38,690 nt of DNA. Origin: a virus (lineage: Duplodnaviria > Caudoviricetes). The notes below the pieces were generated by a model. It was not told the DNA's origin and made no database searches. It saw nothing but the letters and a program-made list of their open reading frames with translations. A program made the position numbers and the translations under genes. Below, piece after piece: positions 23,704-33,420 of the stretch. The stretch covers positions 1 to 38,690 of the IMG/VR virus record IMGVR_UViG_3300017700_000317; one strand, 5' to 3'. The first letter of the stretch is position 1. Each line of letters begins with the position of its first letter.

Positions 23704-24207
23704 ATGGCCAGACCATCCAGCTACCGACCGGAGTATGCAGAGCAAGCCATAAAGCTTTGCAAGCTGGGGCTTATTGACAAAGAGATAGCGAAGTTCTTCT
23801 CTGTGTCAGAGCAGACACTCAATGCTTGGAAGACCAAATACCCGGAGTTCCTTGAGGCCCTAAAAGGTGCGAAGACATATGCTGACGCCGAGGTGGCCGC
23901 AAAGCTGTTCCACCGCGCAACAGGTTATGAGCATCCAGAAGTCGACATCCGCGTCATTGATGGACAGATAATCCAAACCCCTCTGATCAAGCACTACGCC
24001 CCAGATACCACTGCTGCCATATTCTGGCTCAAGAACCGTCGCCCTGACCTGTGGCGCGACAAGCTTGATGCTGACGGATCGGTTGAGGGGCAGATCAGAC
24101 AGGCAGAACTTGAGCGTAGACAGATCGAGCTTAAGCAGATGAAGGCGAATGGAGGGTCATCGATGGAGACCGTCCTGCGCGAACTCATCGGGAAGCTGCC
24201 AGGATGA
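23704..24207 (+). CDS. terS: Terminase small subunit
   Basis: MARPSSYRPEY, HTH, WKTKYPEFLEALK, PDTTAAIFWLKNR; directly upstream of terL. Confidence 0.85.
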   Translation: MARPSSYRPEYAEQAIKLCKLGLIDKEIAKFFSVSEQTLNAWKTKYPEFLEALKGAKTYADAEVAAKLFHRATGYEHPEVDIRVIDGQIIQTPLIKHYAPDTTAAIFWLKNRRPDLWRDKLDADGSVEGQIRQAELERRQIELKQMKANGGSSMETVLRELIGKLPG

Positions 24208-25553
24208 CGACAGGGAACATCCTCCTAGACCGTCAACTCGCACGGTGGTATCCACTGACGGACCACGCTGTGCAGCTTGAGTTGATGCAGGCGGTGCCGA
24301 ACGGTATTCGCTTCCCATTGGTGCCGGCCGGGCGTCGAAGTGGCAAGACGGAGCGATTCAAGCGCTTCCTCACCAAGCAGGCGTTTGAAGTCCCTGGCAT
24401 GTACTTCGCTGCGGCCCCGACCCACGACCAAGCCAAGAAGATCTATTGGGATGAGCTGAAGGCCTTCACGCTATCCAGCATGCATTCCCGCCGCCCTTCA
24501 GAGTCAGACCGGATCATCTATCTGGACAACGGTAGCGAGATCCACATCCTCGGCCTAGACAAGCCTCAGCGTATCGAGGGTATCCCGTGGAAGGGGGGTG
24601 GTATCGATGAGTTCGCCGACCTGAAAGCCGGTGCATGGCAAGAGAACATTCTCCCGGCTCTGAACACTGTAAACCCGATGGATCCAGACTATCGGGCATG
24701 GTGTTGGCTCCTTGGCGTACCTGATGGCCTGAACCACTACTACGACCTGTGCATGAAAGCAGAGTCTGGCCTTGATCCAAACTTCAAGGTGTTCCACTGG
24801 AAGTCTTCCGAGATCCTTCCCGAAGACGTGATCGTTGCCATGAAGCGCGCGATGTCGCTCAAGCAGTTCAGGCAGGAGTTCGAAGCATCGTTTGAGACGG
24901 CATCGGGCAAGATCTATGACGACTACGACAAAGCGAACCACACCACCGAGACGATCCAGGCACACGAACAGCTGATGTGGATGCACGACCAGAACTACAC
25001 GCCCCTGTCATCTGCCGTGGGTGTGAGGCGAAACGACGGGAAGGATCTGTACCTACTGGATGAGATCGTGCTGACCAGCGCTGTATCTAAGCAGTCGGCT
25101 CTGGAGTTCGTTGAGAAGTTCAAGGACCACTTCAACAAGAACGTCATCATCTACGGCGACCCGGCTGGGCAGGCAGGCGAGAAGCATGGTCACGCATCTG
25201 ACTACACTGACATCGAAAGCGTGCTGCGCGCCAATGGCTGGACATTCCAACGCAAAGTGAAAGCTGCTCATCCAGCGATCAAGGACAGGCAGAACTCGGT
25301 GCGTGCCAAGATCGCCACAGCCGACGGGCACCGAAGCCTGTTCGTCAACCCGGTCACCGCTGAGTGGTGCGACAAGGGCCTGGCCACGGTCCAACTTCAG
25401 GAAGGATCGACCTTCCAAGAGGACCAGAAGAACCCATACCAGCACATCACTACGGCTATCGGTTATTGTATAGACGTAGAATGGCCAGTCCTCTTCAAGA
25501 AAGACATCAAGGTCACCCCGCTCCCAACCATCAACCATTACGGCAGGAAATAA
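24204..25553 (+). CDS. terL: Terminase large subunit
   Basis: Walker A AGRRSGKT, Walker B GGIDE, FRQEFEASF, IYGDPAG nuclease region. Confidence 0.92.
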   Translation: MTTGNILLDRQLARWYPLTDHAVQLELMQAVPNGIRFPLVPAGRRSGKTERFKRFLTKQAFEVPGMYFAAAPTHDQAKKIYWDELKAFTLSSMHSRRPSESDRIIYLDNGSEIHILGLDKPQRIEGIPWKGGGIDEFADLKAGAWQENILPALNTVNPMDPDYRAWCWLLGVPDGLNHYYDLCMKAESGLDPNFKVFHWKSSEILPEDVIVAMKRAMSLKQFRQEFEASFETASGKIYDDYDKANHTTETIQAHEQLMWMHDQNYTPLSSAVGVRRNDGKDLYLLDEIVLTSAVSKQSALEFVEKFKDHFNKNVIIYGDPAGQAGEKHGHASDYTDIESVLRANGWTFQRKVKAAHPAIKDRQNSVRAKIATADGHRSLFVNPVTAEWCDKGLATVQLQEGSTFQEDQKNPYQHITTAIGYCIDVEWPVLFKKDIKVTPLPTINHYGRK

Positions 25554-25554
25554 C

Positions 25555-27639
25555 ATGGCGCGCACGAAAGAAGAACGGGAGCGGGACATCCACTCGACTG
25601 CGATGATCCAGTTCGACAACATCCAGTCGGCGGTGAGGGATGAGCGCAAGCAGTGCTTGCAGGATCGACGCTTCTATTCGATTGCCGGCGCGCAATGGGA
25701 AGGCCCTCTTGAGCTTCAGTTTGCGAACAAGCCGAAGTTCGAAGTGAACAAGATTCACCTTGCTGTCATCCGAATCATCTCCGAATACCGCAACAACCGG
25801 ATCACGGTTGACTTCGTGAGCAAGGACGGCAGCGAGAATGACAAGCTGGCCGACACCTGTGATGGCCTGTACCGCGCTGATGAGCAAACCAGCACCGCCG
25901 ATGAAGCATACGACAACGCATTCGAAGAGGCTGTAGGTGGTGGCTTCGGGGCGTGGCGGCTGCGAGCCAAGTACGAGGATGAAGAGGATGAAGACGACGA
26001 CAAACAACGGATCTGCATAGAGCCAATCTATGACGCCGACAGCTGCGTGTTCTTCGATCTCGACGCCAAGCGCCAGGACAAGGCCGATGCCAAGCATTGT
26101 TTCGTGCTGAGTTCCATGTCCCACGGTGCTTATGAGGATGAGTACGACGACAGCCCGGCTACATGGCCCAAGGATATTGACGACACCGAGTTTGACTGGG
26201 CAACTCCTGACGTGGTCTACGTCGCCGAGTACTACGTCATTGAAAAGCTGAAGGAGAACGTTCAGGTCTGGCGCAGCCTGGATGGCACTGAGACCAAGTA
26301 CAAGGACGCCGACTTCAAGGATGACGAGGAGCTTGAAGACACCCTGCTTGCCATTGGCAGCCGCAAGGTCCGCGAGAAGAAGGTCAAGTGCATCAAGGTG
26401 CACAAGTACATCCTGTCCGGCGCCCGGGTGCTTGAGGACTGCGGCTATCTGCCCGGCAAGTGCATCCCGATCGTGCCGATGTACGGCAAGCGCTGGTTCG
26501 TGGACAACGTAGAGCGTTGCATGGGGCACGTCCGCCTTGCTAAGGATGCACAGCGCCTGAAGAACATGCAGTTGAGCAAGCTGGGAGAGATCAGCGCGCT
26601 CGGATCGATCGAGAAGCCTATCCTGCTGCCTGAGCAGGTGGCCGGGCATCAGTTGATGTGGGCCGAGGACAACCTGAAGAACTACCCATACCTCCTGTTG
26701 AATCCGATCACCGACGCCAATGGTCAACAGATGCCGGCCGGCGCTATCGGGTACACCAAGGCCCCAGAGATCCCCGCGGCGATGGCCGCCCTGCTGCAGA
26801 TAACCGAGACGGACATCCAAGACCTGCTTGGCAACCCTCAGGCCGGCGAACAGATCCGCTCGAACATCTCGGACAAGACCGTTGAGCTGGCGCAGAACAG
26901 CCTGGGCATGCAGACCTTCATCTACCTGAGCAACATGGCCAAGGCTATGCAGCGGTCCGGGGAGATCTGGCTGTCCATGTCCAAGGACGTTCTGATCGAG
27001 GAAGGCCGGAAGATGAAGACCTTGTCGGCCAAGGGGGATGTCGGCAGCGTTGAGATCATGAAGCCGGTGTACGGGGAGAAGGGGACCACCTACGAGAACG
27101 ACCTGTCCGAGGCGAAGTTTGATGTCGCCGTGGATGTCGGCCCATCCTCCAGCAGCAAAAAGTCCGCAACCATCCGCCAGCTCATCGACATGATGAAGAT
27201 CGCATCTGATCCTGAAACCATGCAGGTGATCGGCGCCATGATCATGATGAACATGGAAGGTGAGGGTGTCGAAGAGGCCGCCGGGTACTTCCGCAAGAAG
27301 CTGGTCAGCATGGGCGTTGTCGAGCCGACCGAGGAAGAGGCGAAAGAATTGGCAGATGCGCAGGCCAATGCCAAACCCGATCCAAACACCGTATACTTGC
27401 AAGCTGCGGCACAAGAGGCTGAGGCCAAGGCGGTTAAGGCTCGGGCTGACACAATCAATGTGCTGGCCACTGCCGATAAGTCCAAGGCCGAGACGGTCAA
27501 GATTGCCCAGGAGATCGATGCCGGTCAGCAGGATCAGGCCCTGGCGCTCATCGAGAAGTTCCAGCAGGGTATTCCTCCTCCTGCTGACGTGACCGTAGTA
27601 GCAACAGACGCAACACCACCCGCGCCTAGTGCGCAGTAA
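25555..27639 (+). CDS. Portal protein, P22 gp1-like
   Basis: DRRFY...GAQW, AVGGGFGAWRL, IPIVPMYG, GHVRLAKDAQR, DVAVDVGPS; 694 aa directly after terL. Confidence 0.92.
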   Translation: MARTKEERERDIHSTAMIQFDNIQSAVRDERKQCLQDRRFYSIAGAQWEGPLELQFANKPKFEVNKIHLAVIRIISEYRNNRITVDFVSKDGSENDKLADTCDGLYRADEQTSTADEAYDNAFEEAVGGGFGAWRLRAKYEDEEDEDDDKQRICIEPIYDADSCVFFDLDAKRQDKADAKHCFVLSSMSHGAYEDEYDDSPATWPKDIDDTEFDWATPDVVYVAEYYVIEKLKENVQVWRSLDGTETKYKDADFKDDEELEDTLLAIGSRKVREKKVKCIKVHKYILSGARVLEDCGYLPGKCIPIVPMYGKRWFVDNVERCMGHVRLAKDAQRLKNMQLSKLGEISALGSIEKPILLPEQVAGHQLMWAEDNLKNYPYLLLNPITDANGQQMPAGAIGYTKAPEIPAAMAALLQITETDIQDLLGNPQAGEQIRSNISDKTVELAQNSLGMQTFIYLSNMAKAMQRSGEIWLSMSKDVLIEEGRKMKTLSAKGDVGSVEIMKPVYGEKGTTYENDLSEAKFDVAVDVGPSSSSKKSATIRQLIDMMKIASDPETMQVIGAMIMMNMEGEGVEEAAGYFRKKLVSMGVVEPTEEEAKELADAQANAKPDPNTVYLQAAAQEAEAKAVKARADTINVLATADKSKAETVKIAQEIDAGQQDQALALIEKFQQGIPPPADVTVVATDATPPAPSAQ

Positions 27640-27683
27640 AGGCAACCGGGCCGCCATTTAGAGCCCGAGCACCGGAGATACGC

Positions 27684-28577
27684 ATGAATCGATTTGTACA
27701 TTCAACTCTTCGCCACTTCTTGCAGGCGCCTATCACTGAAGGTGGCGAAGGTGGTGGTGGCTCCAATGAGCAGGAGGAGCAACAGGAAGAGGAAGAAGAG
27801 CAGGAAGAGCATGAGGAGGGCGAAGAGGAAGAGGTCGTCGTCTCCATTGCCGGCGAGAAGCAGCCCGAGGAAGAGGAAGACGTAGCGTCCGCGCCATCCT
27901 GGGTGAAGGACCTGCGCAAGAAGAACCGTGAAGACCAGAAGCGTATCCGTGAGCTGGAAGAACTGGTTCGCAAACAGGAAGCGCCGAAGTCTGCCGCGCC
28001 AGTGCTGGGCAAGAAGCCCACAATGGAAGACGATGACGTTGATTGGGATGCTGACAAGTTCGAGGCCAAGCTGACCAAGTGGCATGACACCAAGCGCGAG
28101 ATCGAGCGTCACGAGCGTGAGCAGCAGGAGTCAGCCAACAAGCAGAAGACCGAGTGGGAGGCGCGTCTAGCCACCTACAACACGGCAAAAGCTGGCCTAA
28201 AGGTCAAGGATTACGATGATGCCGAAGAGAACGTAAAGAGCGCTCTCGACGTCACACAGCAGGGCATCACTGTGCAGGGTGCTGAGAACGCGGCCCTGGT
28301 GTTCTACGCCCTGGGCAGTAACCCGAAGAAGCTGGCCGAACTGGCCGCCATCAAAGACCCGATCAAATTCGCCTTCGCCATTGCGAAACTGGAGACTCAA
28401 TTGAAAGTACAAGGTCGTAAGTCTGCGCCGCCACCAGAGAAGACTGTCACCGGTAATGGCCGCATCAGCGGCGGTGATGCCACCCTGGAGCGTTTGCGTG
28501 CCGAAGCTGAGAAGACGGGCGACCAGAGCAAGGTCGTTGCATACAAGCGAGCTCAGCGCCAGAAGCAGAACGCCTGA
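27684..28577 (+). CDS. Scaffolding protein
   Basis: Acidic N-terminus, helical body, basic C-terminus; lies between portal and coat. Confidence 0.8.
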   Translation: MNRFVHSTLRHFLQAPITEGGEGGGGSNEQEEQQEEEEEQEEHEEGEEEEVVVSIAGEKQPEEEEDVASAPSWVKDLRKKNREDQKRIRELEELVRKQEAPKSAAPVLGKKPTMEDDDVDWDADKFEAKLTKWHDTKREIERHEREQQESANKQKTEWEARLATYNTAKAGLKVKDYDDAEENVKSALDVTQQGITVQGAENAALVFYALGSNPKKLAELAAIKDPIKFAFAIAKLETQLKVQGRKSAPPPEKTVTGNGRISGGDATLERLRAEAEKTGDQSKVVAYKRAQRQKQNA

Positions 28578-28580
28578 TAT

Positions 28581-28608
28581 TTGATTTAGTCAGGATTGAG
28601 GTTATAGT
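28581..28608 (+). promoter_or_regulatory. Putative internal sigma70 promoter for the coat-gene leader
   Basis: TTGATT-16 bp-TATAGT; predicted +1 near 28615. Confidence 0.5.
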
Positions 28609-28614
28609 ATCCGC

Positions 28615-28703
28615 GTGAGTGAATGCGCAGGCTGATGCGCAAGGGGCCATAAACACGCAGGGATATCCCCCTGGTAAGCCGGAGTTCAGCACCGGCCACT
28701 CAC
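28615..28703 (+). ncRNA. Cloverleaf RNA with a potential kissing-loop pseudoknot
   Basis: GTGAGTG/CACTCAC closing stem; TGCGCA-GGCTGA-TGCGCA; GCCGG-AGTTCAGCA-CCGGC; loop GCTGA is complementary to loop TCAGC. Confidence 0.65.
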
Positions 28704-28934
28704 AAAGAACACAGGTCGAACCAAGCCGAAAGGTTGACGCCCTGCATCAAGATCTCCGATTAGCGTCGGAGATCCGGGATGTAAAAAGCGCATAGGTGAC
28801 TTACAGGAAAGACTGTACCCAAAGGATTCGCCATCCCATCGGCAGCGCTACATGAAGCCCGCCATCCAGGCCCTAAGTGGATGAGTAAAGACCGGACATT
28901 CCGTCCCAATTTTCTCATTCATTAAGGTGCAATC

Positions 28935-30206
28935 ATGAGCAATAGTTTTTCAAAGGAAGAGCGCGTAGCGTTTGAGGATATCCTCGAAGGCTTCGATGAC
29001 GCTCTCGTTCTGTCCCGCAACGTCTCCAAGTACAACACCGACCAAGAGTCGATGGAGCGTTCTTCCGACACCATCTGGCGCCCAATGCCGTACATCGCAC
29101 AGTCGTTCGATGGCATGGACCAGACCCCCAACTTCGTCGACAACACCCAGCTGTCCGTGCCGGCGCGCATCGGCTTCAGCAAGTCTTCGCCGTGGATCAT
29201 GGACGCCAAGCAGCTGCGTGATGCGCTGCAAGAGAACCGTCTGGGCAAGGCTGCCTATCAGAAGCTGGCATCTGACATCAACGTTGCGATCATGAACGTT
29301 GCTGCGCTACAGGGCACGTTGATCGTCAAACGCACCTCGGCAGCTCAAGGCTTCGACGACGTCGCCCAGGCTGAAGCGATCATGAACGAGCAGGGCGTCC
29401 AGTCGATGGACCGCTATCTGGCTTTGTCGACACGCGACTACAACGGCATGGCGAACAACCTGTCGGTGGCTTCCCGCTCGTTCGGCAACAAGAAGTCCGA
29501 CAACGCTTACGAGAAGGCTTTCGTGGGCGAAGTGGCTTCCTTCGAGACCTACAAGCTGGACTACGCGAACCGCATCACTGCGGCTGCCGGCGGCGCTGGC
29601 TTGACCATGTCCACTCTGGTGGGCGCGGCCAACTACTGGATTCCGAAGGCGACCTCTGTTGCGTCCACCGGTGAAACCAGCAACGTCGATAACCGCTACC
29701 AGCGTGTGACCGTGTCCAGCACCACCAACGTTGCAGCAGGCGACTGCCTGACCTTCGCTGGCGTGAACGCTGTGCACCACATCACCAAGGTGGACACCGG
29801 ACAACTGAAGACCTTCCGCGTAATCTCGGTTGACTCGGCTACCACCATGACCATCAGTCCTCCGATCATCTCGGGTCAGGGTGGCACCGATGCCGAAGCT
29901 CAGTACAAGAACGTAACCGTGACCCCGTCGGGCACTGCTGCCATCGTCTTCCTGAACACCGTGTCGGCCTATGCCAACCCGTTCTGGTTCAAGGATGCGT
30001 TCGAGATCCTGCCTGGCCGTTACGCCGTGCCGGATAACTCGGGCGCAGCGATCATGCGTGGTACGACTGAGAACGGTATCGAACTGGTCATGCAGAAGCA
30101 GTACGACATCAACACCATGAAGACCAAGTATCGTGTGGATACCCTCTTCGGTGTGGTGTGTGCTCAGCCGGAGATGGCAGGGCTCATACTTTTCAGTCAA
30201 ACGTAG
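28935..30206 (+). CDS. Major capsid protein, P22 gp5-like
   Basis: MSNSFSKEE...TIWRPMPY, AYQKLASDIN, RVDTLFGV...PEMAG; AAGG RBS. Confidence 0.92.
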   Translation: MSNSFSKEERVAFEDILEGFDDALVLSRNVSKYNTDQESMERSSDTIWRPMPYIAQSFDGMDQTPNFVDNTQLSVPARIGFSKSSPWIMDAKQLRDALQENRLGKAAYQKLASDINVAIMNVAALQGTLIVKRTSAAQGFDDVAQAEAIMNEQGVQSMDRYLALSTRDYNGMANNLSVASRSFGNKKSDNAYEKAFVGEVASFETYKLDYANRITAAAGGAGLTMSTLVGAANYWIPKATSVASTGETSNVDNRYQRVTVSSTTNVAAGDCLTFAGVNAVHHITKVDTGQLKTFRVISVDSATTMTISPPIISGQGGTDAEAQYKNVTVTPSGTAAIVFLNTVSAYANPFWFKDAFEILPGRYAVPDNSGAAIMRGTTENGIELVMQKQYDINTMKTKYRVDTLFGVVCAQPEMAGLILFSQT

Positions 30207-30221
30207 AAATATCAAGCACTT

Positions 30222-30244
30222 AGGGCCCTCGGGCCCTTTGTTCT
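30222..30244 (+). terminator. Weak terminator or hairpin after the coat gene
   Basis: AGGGCC-CTCG-GGCCCT followed by TTGTTCT. Confidence 0.45.
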
Positions 30245-30268
30245 AACCCCAGAATTCAGAGGTTTATC

Positions 30269-30868
30269 ATGTCCAGAATCATCTACAACCAAGGCACAGC
30301 ATCTGTTGTCGTCCCTGCGGCCGGCAGTGTGGCTGTCTACTCCCGTGACGGCGTAACTGTTCGCCAGTTGACCGTCACCCCGAACCAGCCGCCATCTTAC
30401 GGCGTCCTAGGCGTGGCGCTGCCGTCGGTAGTAACCACGTTCGGCCCGTTCACAAACGCTACGACCCTGGAGATCAACGGTAATGCCGGCGAGTCGTACT
30501 ACTCGGTTGGTACTGCTCCGTCTATCTCGGACGTACAGTCCGCGCAGTATCAGCCAACGCCGGTAGCACTCAACGCAACCGGCGCACTGACCTCTGCGGC
30601 AATCCTCGGCGGGATCGTCACATCCACCACTGCCGCTGCTGTAGCTGGCACCTTGCCTACTGGCACCGTGCTCGATGCCGCATCGACGTTTGATGTGAAC
30701 GATTCGTTCGACTGGGCAGTTATCGCTACTGGCGCGAACGCCTTCACCGTGACTGCTGCGGCTACGCACACCATCGTCGGCACAGCTGTTGTGGCAACCG
30801 CTACTTCTGGCAAGTTCCGCACCGTGAAGACTGCGGCGAACACGTTCGTTACTTATCGGATGAGCTGA
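30269..30868 (+). CDS. Putative capsid decoration or surface protein
   Basis: Ala/Thr/Val-rich beta protein immediately after the coat gene. Confidence 0.6.
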   Translation: MSRIIYNQGTASVVVPAAGSVAVYSRDGVTVRQLTVTPNQPPSYGVLGVALPSVVTTFGPFTNATTLEINGNAGESYYSVGTAPSISDVQSAQYQPTPVALNATGALTSAAILGGIVTSTTAAAVAGTLPTGTVLDAASTFDVNDSFDWAVIATGANAFTVTAAATHTIVGTAVVATATSGKFRTVKTAANTFVTYRMS

Positions 30869-30869
30869 T

Positions 30870-31055
30870 ATGGATGACTCCCAGCGGTTGGATTCTCTTG
30901 CGCTTCACGGTCTATGCGTTGCTCAAATTGCAGATATCGTTGACGGCGAGTGGTCTTTCCGCTGGGTTTGTCATTTCGGAATAGATCAAAGCATTGAGGC
31001 TCAGACTATTCGCGAGGTCATTGATGCGGCCGTAGAAGCAATCGAGAGAGGATGA
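30870..31055 (+). CDS. Hypothetical protein, 61 aa
   Basis: Fills the gap between neighbours; TIREVIDAA. Confidence 0.5.
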   Translation: MDDSQRLDSLALHGLCVAQIADIVDGEWSFRWVCHFGIDQSIEAQTIREVIDAAVEAIERG

Positions 31056-31058
31056 ATA

Positions 31059-31352
31059 ATGTTTCCGACCATAGTCTACAAAACCCCAGGCACCCATGCG
31101 CGCGCTGGCGGGACCTACAACTATCGCGGCATTGAAGACGCTGCAGCCCTCGAAGCTGCGTTGGCTGAAGGATGGTTCCTGACTTTGCCCGAAGCGATTG
31201 CAGGAAAGGCCGACGAGCCTGTTGATAATTCGGCGCCTACTCGTGAAGAGCTGGAAGCCAAAGCCGCCGAGCTGGGCATCCAGTTCGATGGCCGCACTAC
31301 CGACAAGAAGCTTGCCGAGAAGATCGAACACGCCCTTGGCGAGCAGGAGTAA
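31059..31352 (+). CDS. Hypothetical protein with a C-terminal HeH/LEM-like domain
   Basis: TREELEAKAAELGIQFDGRTTDKKLAEKI; GAGG RBS. Confidence 0.7.
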   Translation: MFPTIVYKTPGTHARAGGTYNYRGIEDAAALEAALAEGWFLTLPEAIAGKADEPVDNSAPTREELEAKAAELGIQFDGRTTDKKLAEKIEHALGEQE

Positions 31353-31357
31353 CTGTC

Positions 31358-31840
31358 ATGGGGTGGACTAAGCGCCAGTACGTCGAGAAGGCCTTCTCCA
31401 AGATCGGCTTGGCTGGATACGTCTTCGATCTCACCCCTGATCAGCTTCAGGACGCCATGAGCGACCTTGATTCTATGATGGCTGCCTGGAACGCGAAGGG
31501 TATTCGCATTGGTTACCCGATGCCGAGCAGCCCTCTTGCCGGCGACCTTGACGAAGAGACAAACGTGCCGGACGCTGCCAATGAGGCCATCTATTACGGA
31601 CTTGGTGTGCGTATCGCGCCAGGGTATGGCAAGACCGTACCGCAATCTGTCGCCTTCTTCGCCAAGCAGGCCTATGACCAGCTCCTCGCTATTGCTGCTG
31701 TGCCTCCAGAAAGACAGTTCCCGTGCGAACTCCCGGGCGGTGCTGGCAACAAGCCGTGGCGCAATAACGACAGCCCTTTCATCCGGCCGCCGCGCGATCC
31801 GCTTGATGCGGGGCCCGACAGCGAAATTGAATTCACCTGA
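31358..31840 (+). CDS. Head-to-tail adaptor, P22 gp4-like
   Basis: TKRQYVEKAFSKIG, DLDSMMAAW, RIAPGYG, PGGAGN. Confidence 0.85.
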   Translation: MGWTKRQYVEKAFSKIGLAGYVFDLTPDQLQDAMSDLDSMMAAWNAKGIRIGYPMPSSPLAGDLDEETNVPDAANEAIYYGLGVRIAPGYGKTVPQSVAFFAKQAYDQLLAIAAVPPERQFPCELPGGAGNKPWRNNDSPFIRPPRDPLDAGPDSEIEFT

Positions 31841-31848
31841 GGTCTGAC

Positions 31849-32790
31849 ATGACAACTATCGACAAGCTGACCAGAACTGACACCGTAAGCGCTGGTGATG
31901 TGGTTCCGGTCTATGTGCAGAACCAGGGCGATGCACGAGGCGCTGCAATGTCGGTATTGCAGGCCTACATGCAGGCCAATCTGACCTTTCCGGCCATCCC
32001 TACATTCACAGGCGTTGAGCAGTTCAGCACCCAGTACGCCGCTCCATCCTCTACCGGGTTCAGCGTCCAGATTACCAACAGCTCCGACAATACCCATCTG
32101 ATCCTAACGCCGACTGCCGGTTTTGCCGCTGGGACCATTGTCCTGCCGCAAGTACTCAATGTCGTCGACAAGCAAACTGTTCTAGTGAACTGCACGCAGA
32201 CAGTCACGGCCTTGACGATCAGCCCAAACGGTGCGCTCGCCGTAACCGGTGGGCCTACTACGCTGCTGGCCGGCGATTCGTTCTTGCTGATGTATGACCT
32301 GTTGACGCAGTCGTGGTATCAGATTGCGAGCACCCAGAACAACTACGCCGCGGCGGTGCTCACCTTCCTTGCGTCGGCCACGTCGGCTAACTTGCGTGCC
32401 GCTCTCAGTGATGAGACTGGGACGGGTGTTGCGGTATTCAGCACCTCGCCATCTCTCGTTACGCCAAACATCGGCGCAGCGACAGCTGACTCGTTGCAGC
32501 GCGGCGCCATCCCATTCAAAACAGCAAACTTTACCCTGGCTGCTACTGAAAACTGGGTTATCTGTAACGGGACTGGCACGATCACTGTCACGCTACCAGC
32601 CCCGGCATCGTTTGTCGGGCGTGAGGTGATGCTGAAGACGGTTGCGGCGTTTACCGTTGTCTCGGCTTCGGCAAACGTTTCTCCGCTAGCTGGAGGCGCG
32701 GCCGGGACAGCTATCCTTGCAGCGGTTGCTGGGCGCTGGGCGACTCTCGTCAGTGATGGCTCAAACTGGGTCATCATGCAGTCCAACTGA
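31849..32790 (+). CDS. Putative tail or head fibre protein
   Basis: TTIDKL N-terminus, SANLRAALSDETGTG shaft motif, two beta domains. Confidence 0.65.
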   Translation: MTTIDKLTRTDTVSAGDVVPVYVQNQGDARGAAMSVLQAYMQANLTFPAIPTFTGVEQFSTQYAAPSSTGFSVQITNSSDNTHLILTPTAGFAAGTIVLPQVLNVVDKQTVLVNCTQTVTALTISPNGALAVTGGPTTLLAGDSFLLMYDLLTQSWYQIASTQNNYAAAVLTFLASATSANLRAALSDETGTGVAVFSTSPSLVTPNIGAATADSLQRGAIPFKTANFTLAATENWVICNGTGTITVTLPAPASFVGREVMLKTVAAFTVVSASANVSPLAGGAAGTAILAAVAGRWATLVSDGSNWVIMQSN

Positions 32791-32813
32791 TCACCAATCT
32801 TCAGGAGATTCGA

Positions 32814-33122
32814 ATGAGCATCAGGGCACCATTTGAGCCGCGCCGCGGTACGAACCAAGTTGTCACTCCGGCTGCTGCGTCAGCATCAGTTCCAATTGAC
32901 CCTGTCGCGAAGTCGGTCAGGCTTGTGAACAGTGGCGCTGCCATTTGTCATGTCCGCATCGGCCCGACCAAGACTGTGGCTGAACCGGCAACCACGGCTG
33001 ACATGCCTGTCCGCTCCGGCGAGTCTGTCATTATCCAGAAAGGCGACGGTGACAACCTGATCGCCTATATCTCAGTAACAGGGACGACGCTGCACATCCA
33101 GACCGGTGAAGGTGGATCATGA
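32814..33122 (+). CDS. Small beta-sandwich virion-type protein, paralog A
   Basis: AGGAG RBS; about 60% identical by eye to the next gene. Confidence 0.7.
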   Translation: MSIRAPFEPRRGTNQVVTPAAASASVPIDPVAKSVRLVNSGAAICHVRIGPTKTVAEPATTADMPVRSGESVIIQKGDGDNLIAYISVTGTTLHIQTGEGGS

Positions 33123-33418
33123 GCATTCGCGCGCCATTTGAGCCCCGTCGTGGAGCCAATCAGGTATTTGGCATTACGCCGGTATCGGGCTCGACCAGTA
33201 TTGACCCGAAGGCGAAGTCAATACGTATTGTGAATAGTGGCGCGAACCTTTGTTACATCCGGGTTGGGACTGGTGCTCAGACGGCATCGACTGCCGATAT
33301 GGTTGTTCTCGGAAACACATCGGTGATCGTTTCCAAGGGGGAGGGCGAGGACACCATCGCTGCCATCTCGCCATCCGGCACGACCCTCCATGTTCAGACT
33401 GGCGAAGGCGGAATATAA
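33119..33418 (+). CDS. Small beta-sandwich virion-type protein, paralog B
   Basis: Shares MSIRAPFEPRRG...TTLHxQTGEGG with paralog A; ATGA overlap. Confidence 0.7.
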   Translation: MSIRAPFEPRRGANQVFGITPVSGSTSIDPKAKSIRIVNSGANLCYIRVGTGAQTASTADMVVLGNTSVIVSKGEGEDTIAAISPSGTTLHVQTGEGGI

Positions 33419-33420
33419 CC

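Noticed and set aside
25531-27657. 708-aa antisense ORF over the portal gene (also 29307-30215 over the coat gene)
   Set aside because: Strong codon bias of the sense gene removes stops in the mirror frame; the translation has no recognisable motif
27760-27880. GAG/GAA-rich repeat
   Set aside because: Simply encodes the acidic N-terminus of the scaffolding protein
32814-33418. Diversity-generating retroelement TR/VR pair or invertible cassette
   Set aside because: No reverse transcriptase or invertase; differences are not adenine-specific and both copies are intact same-strand ORFs
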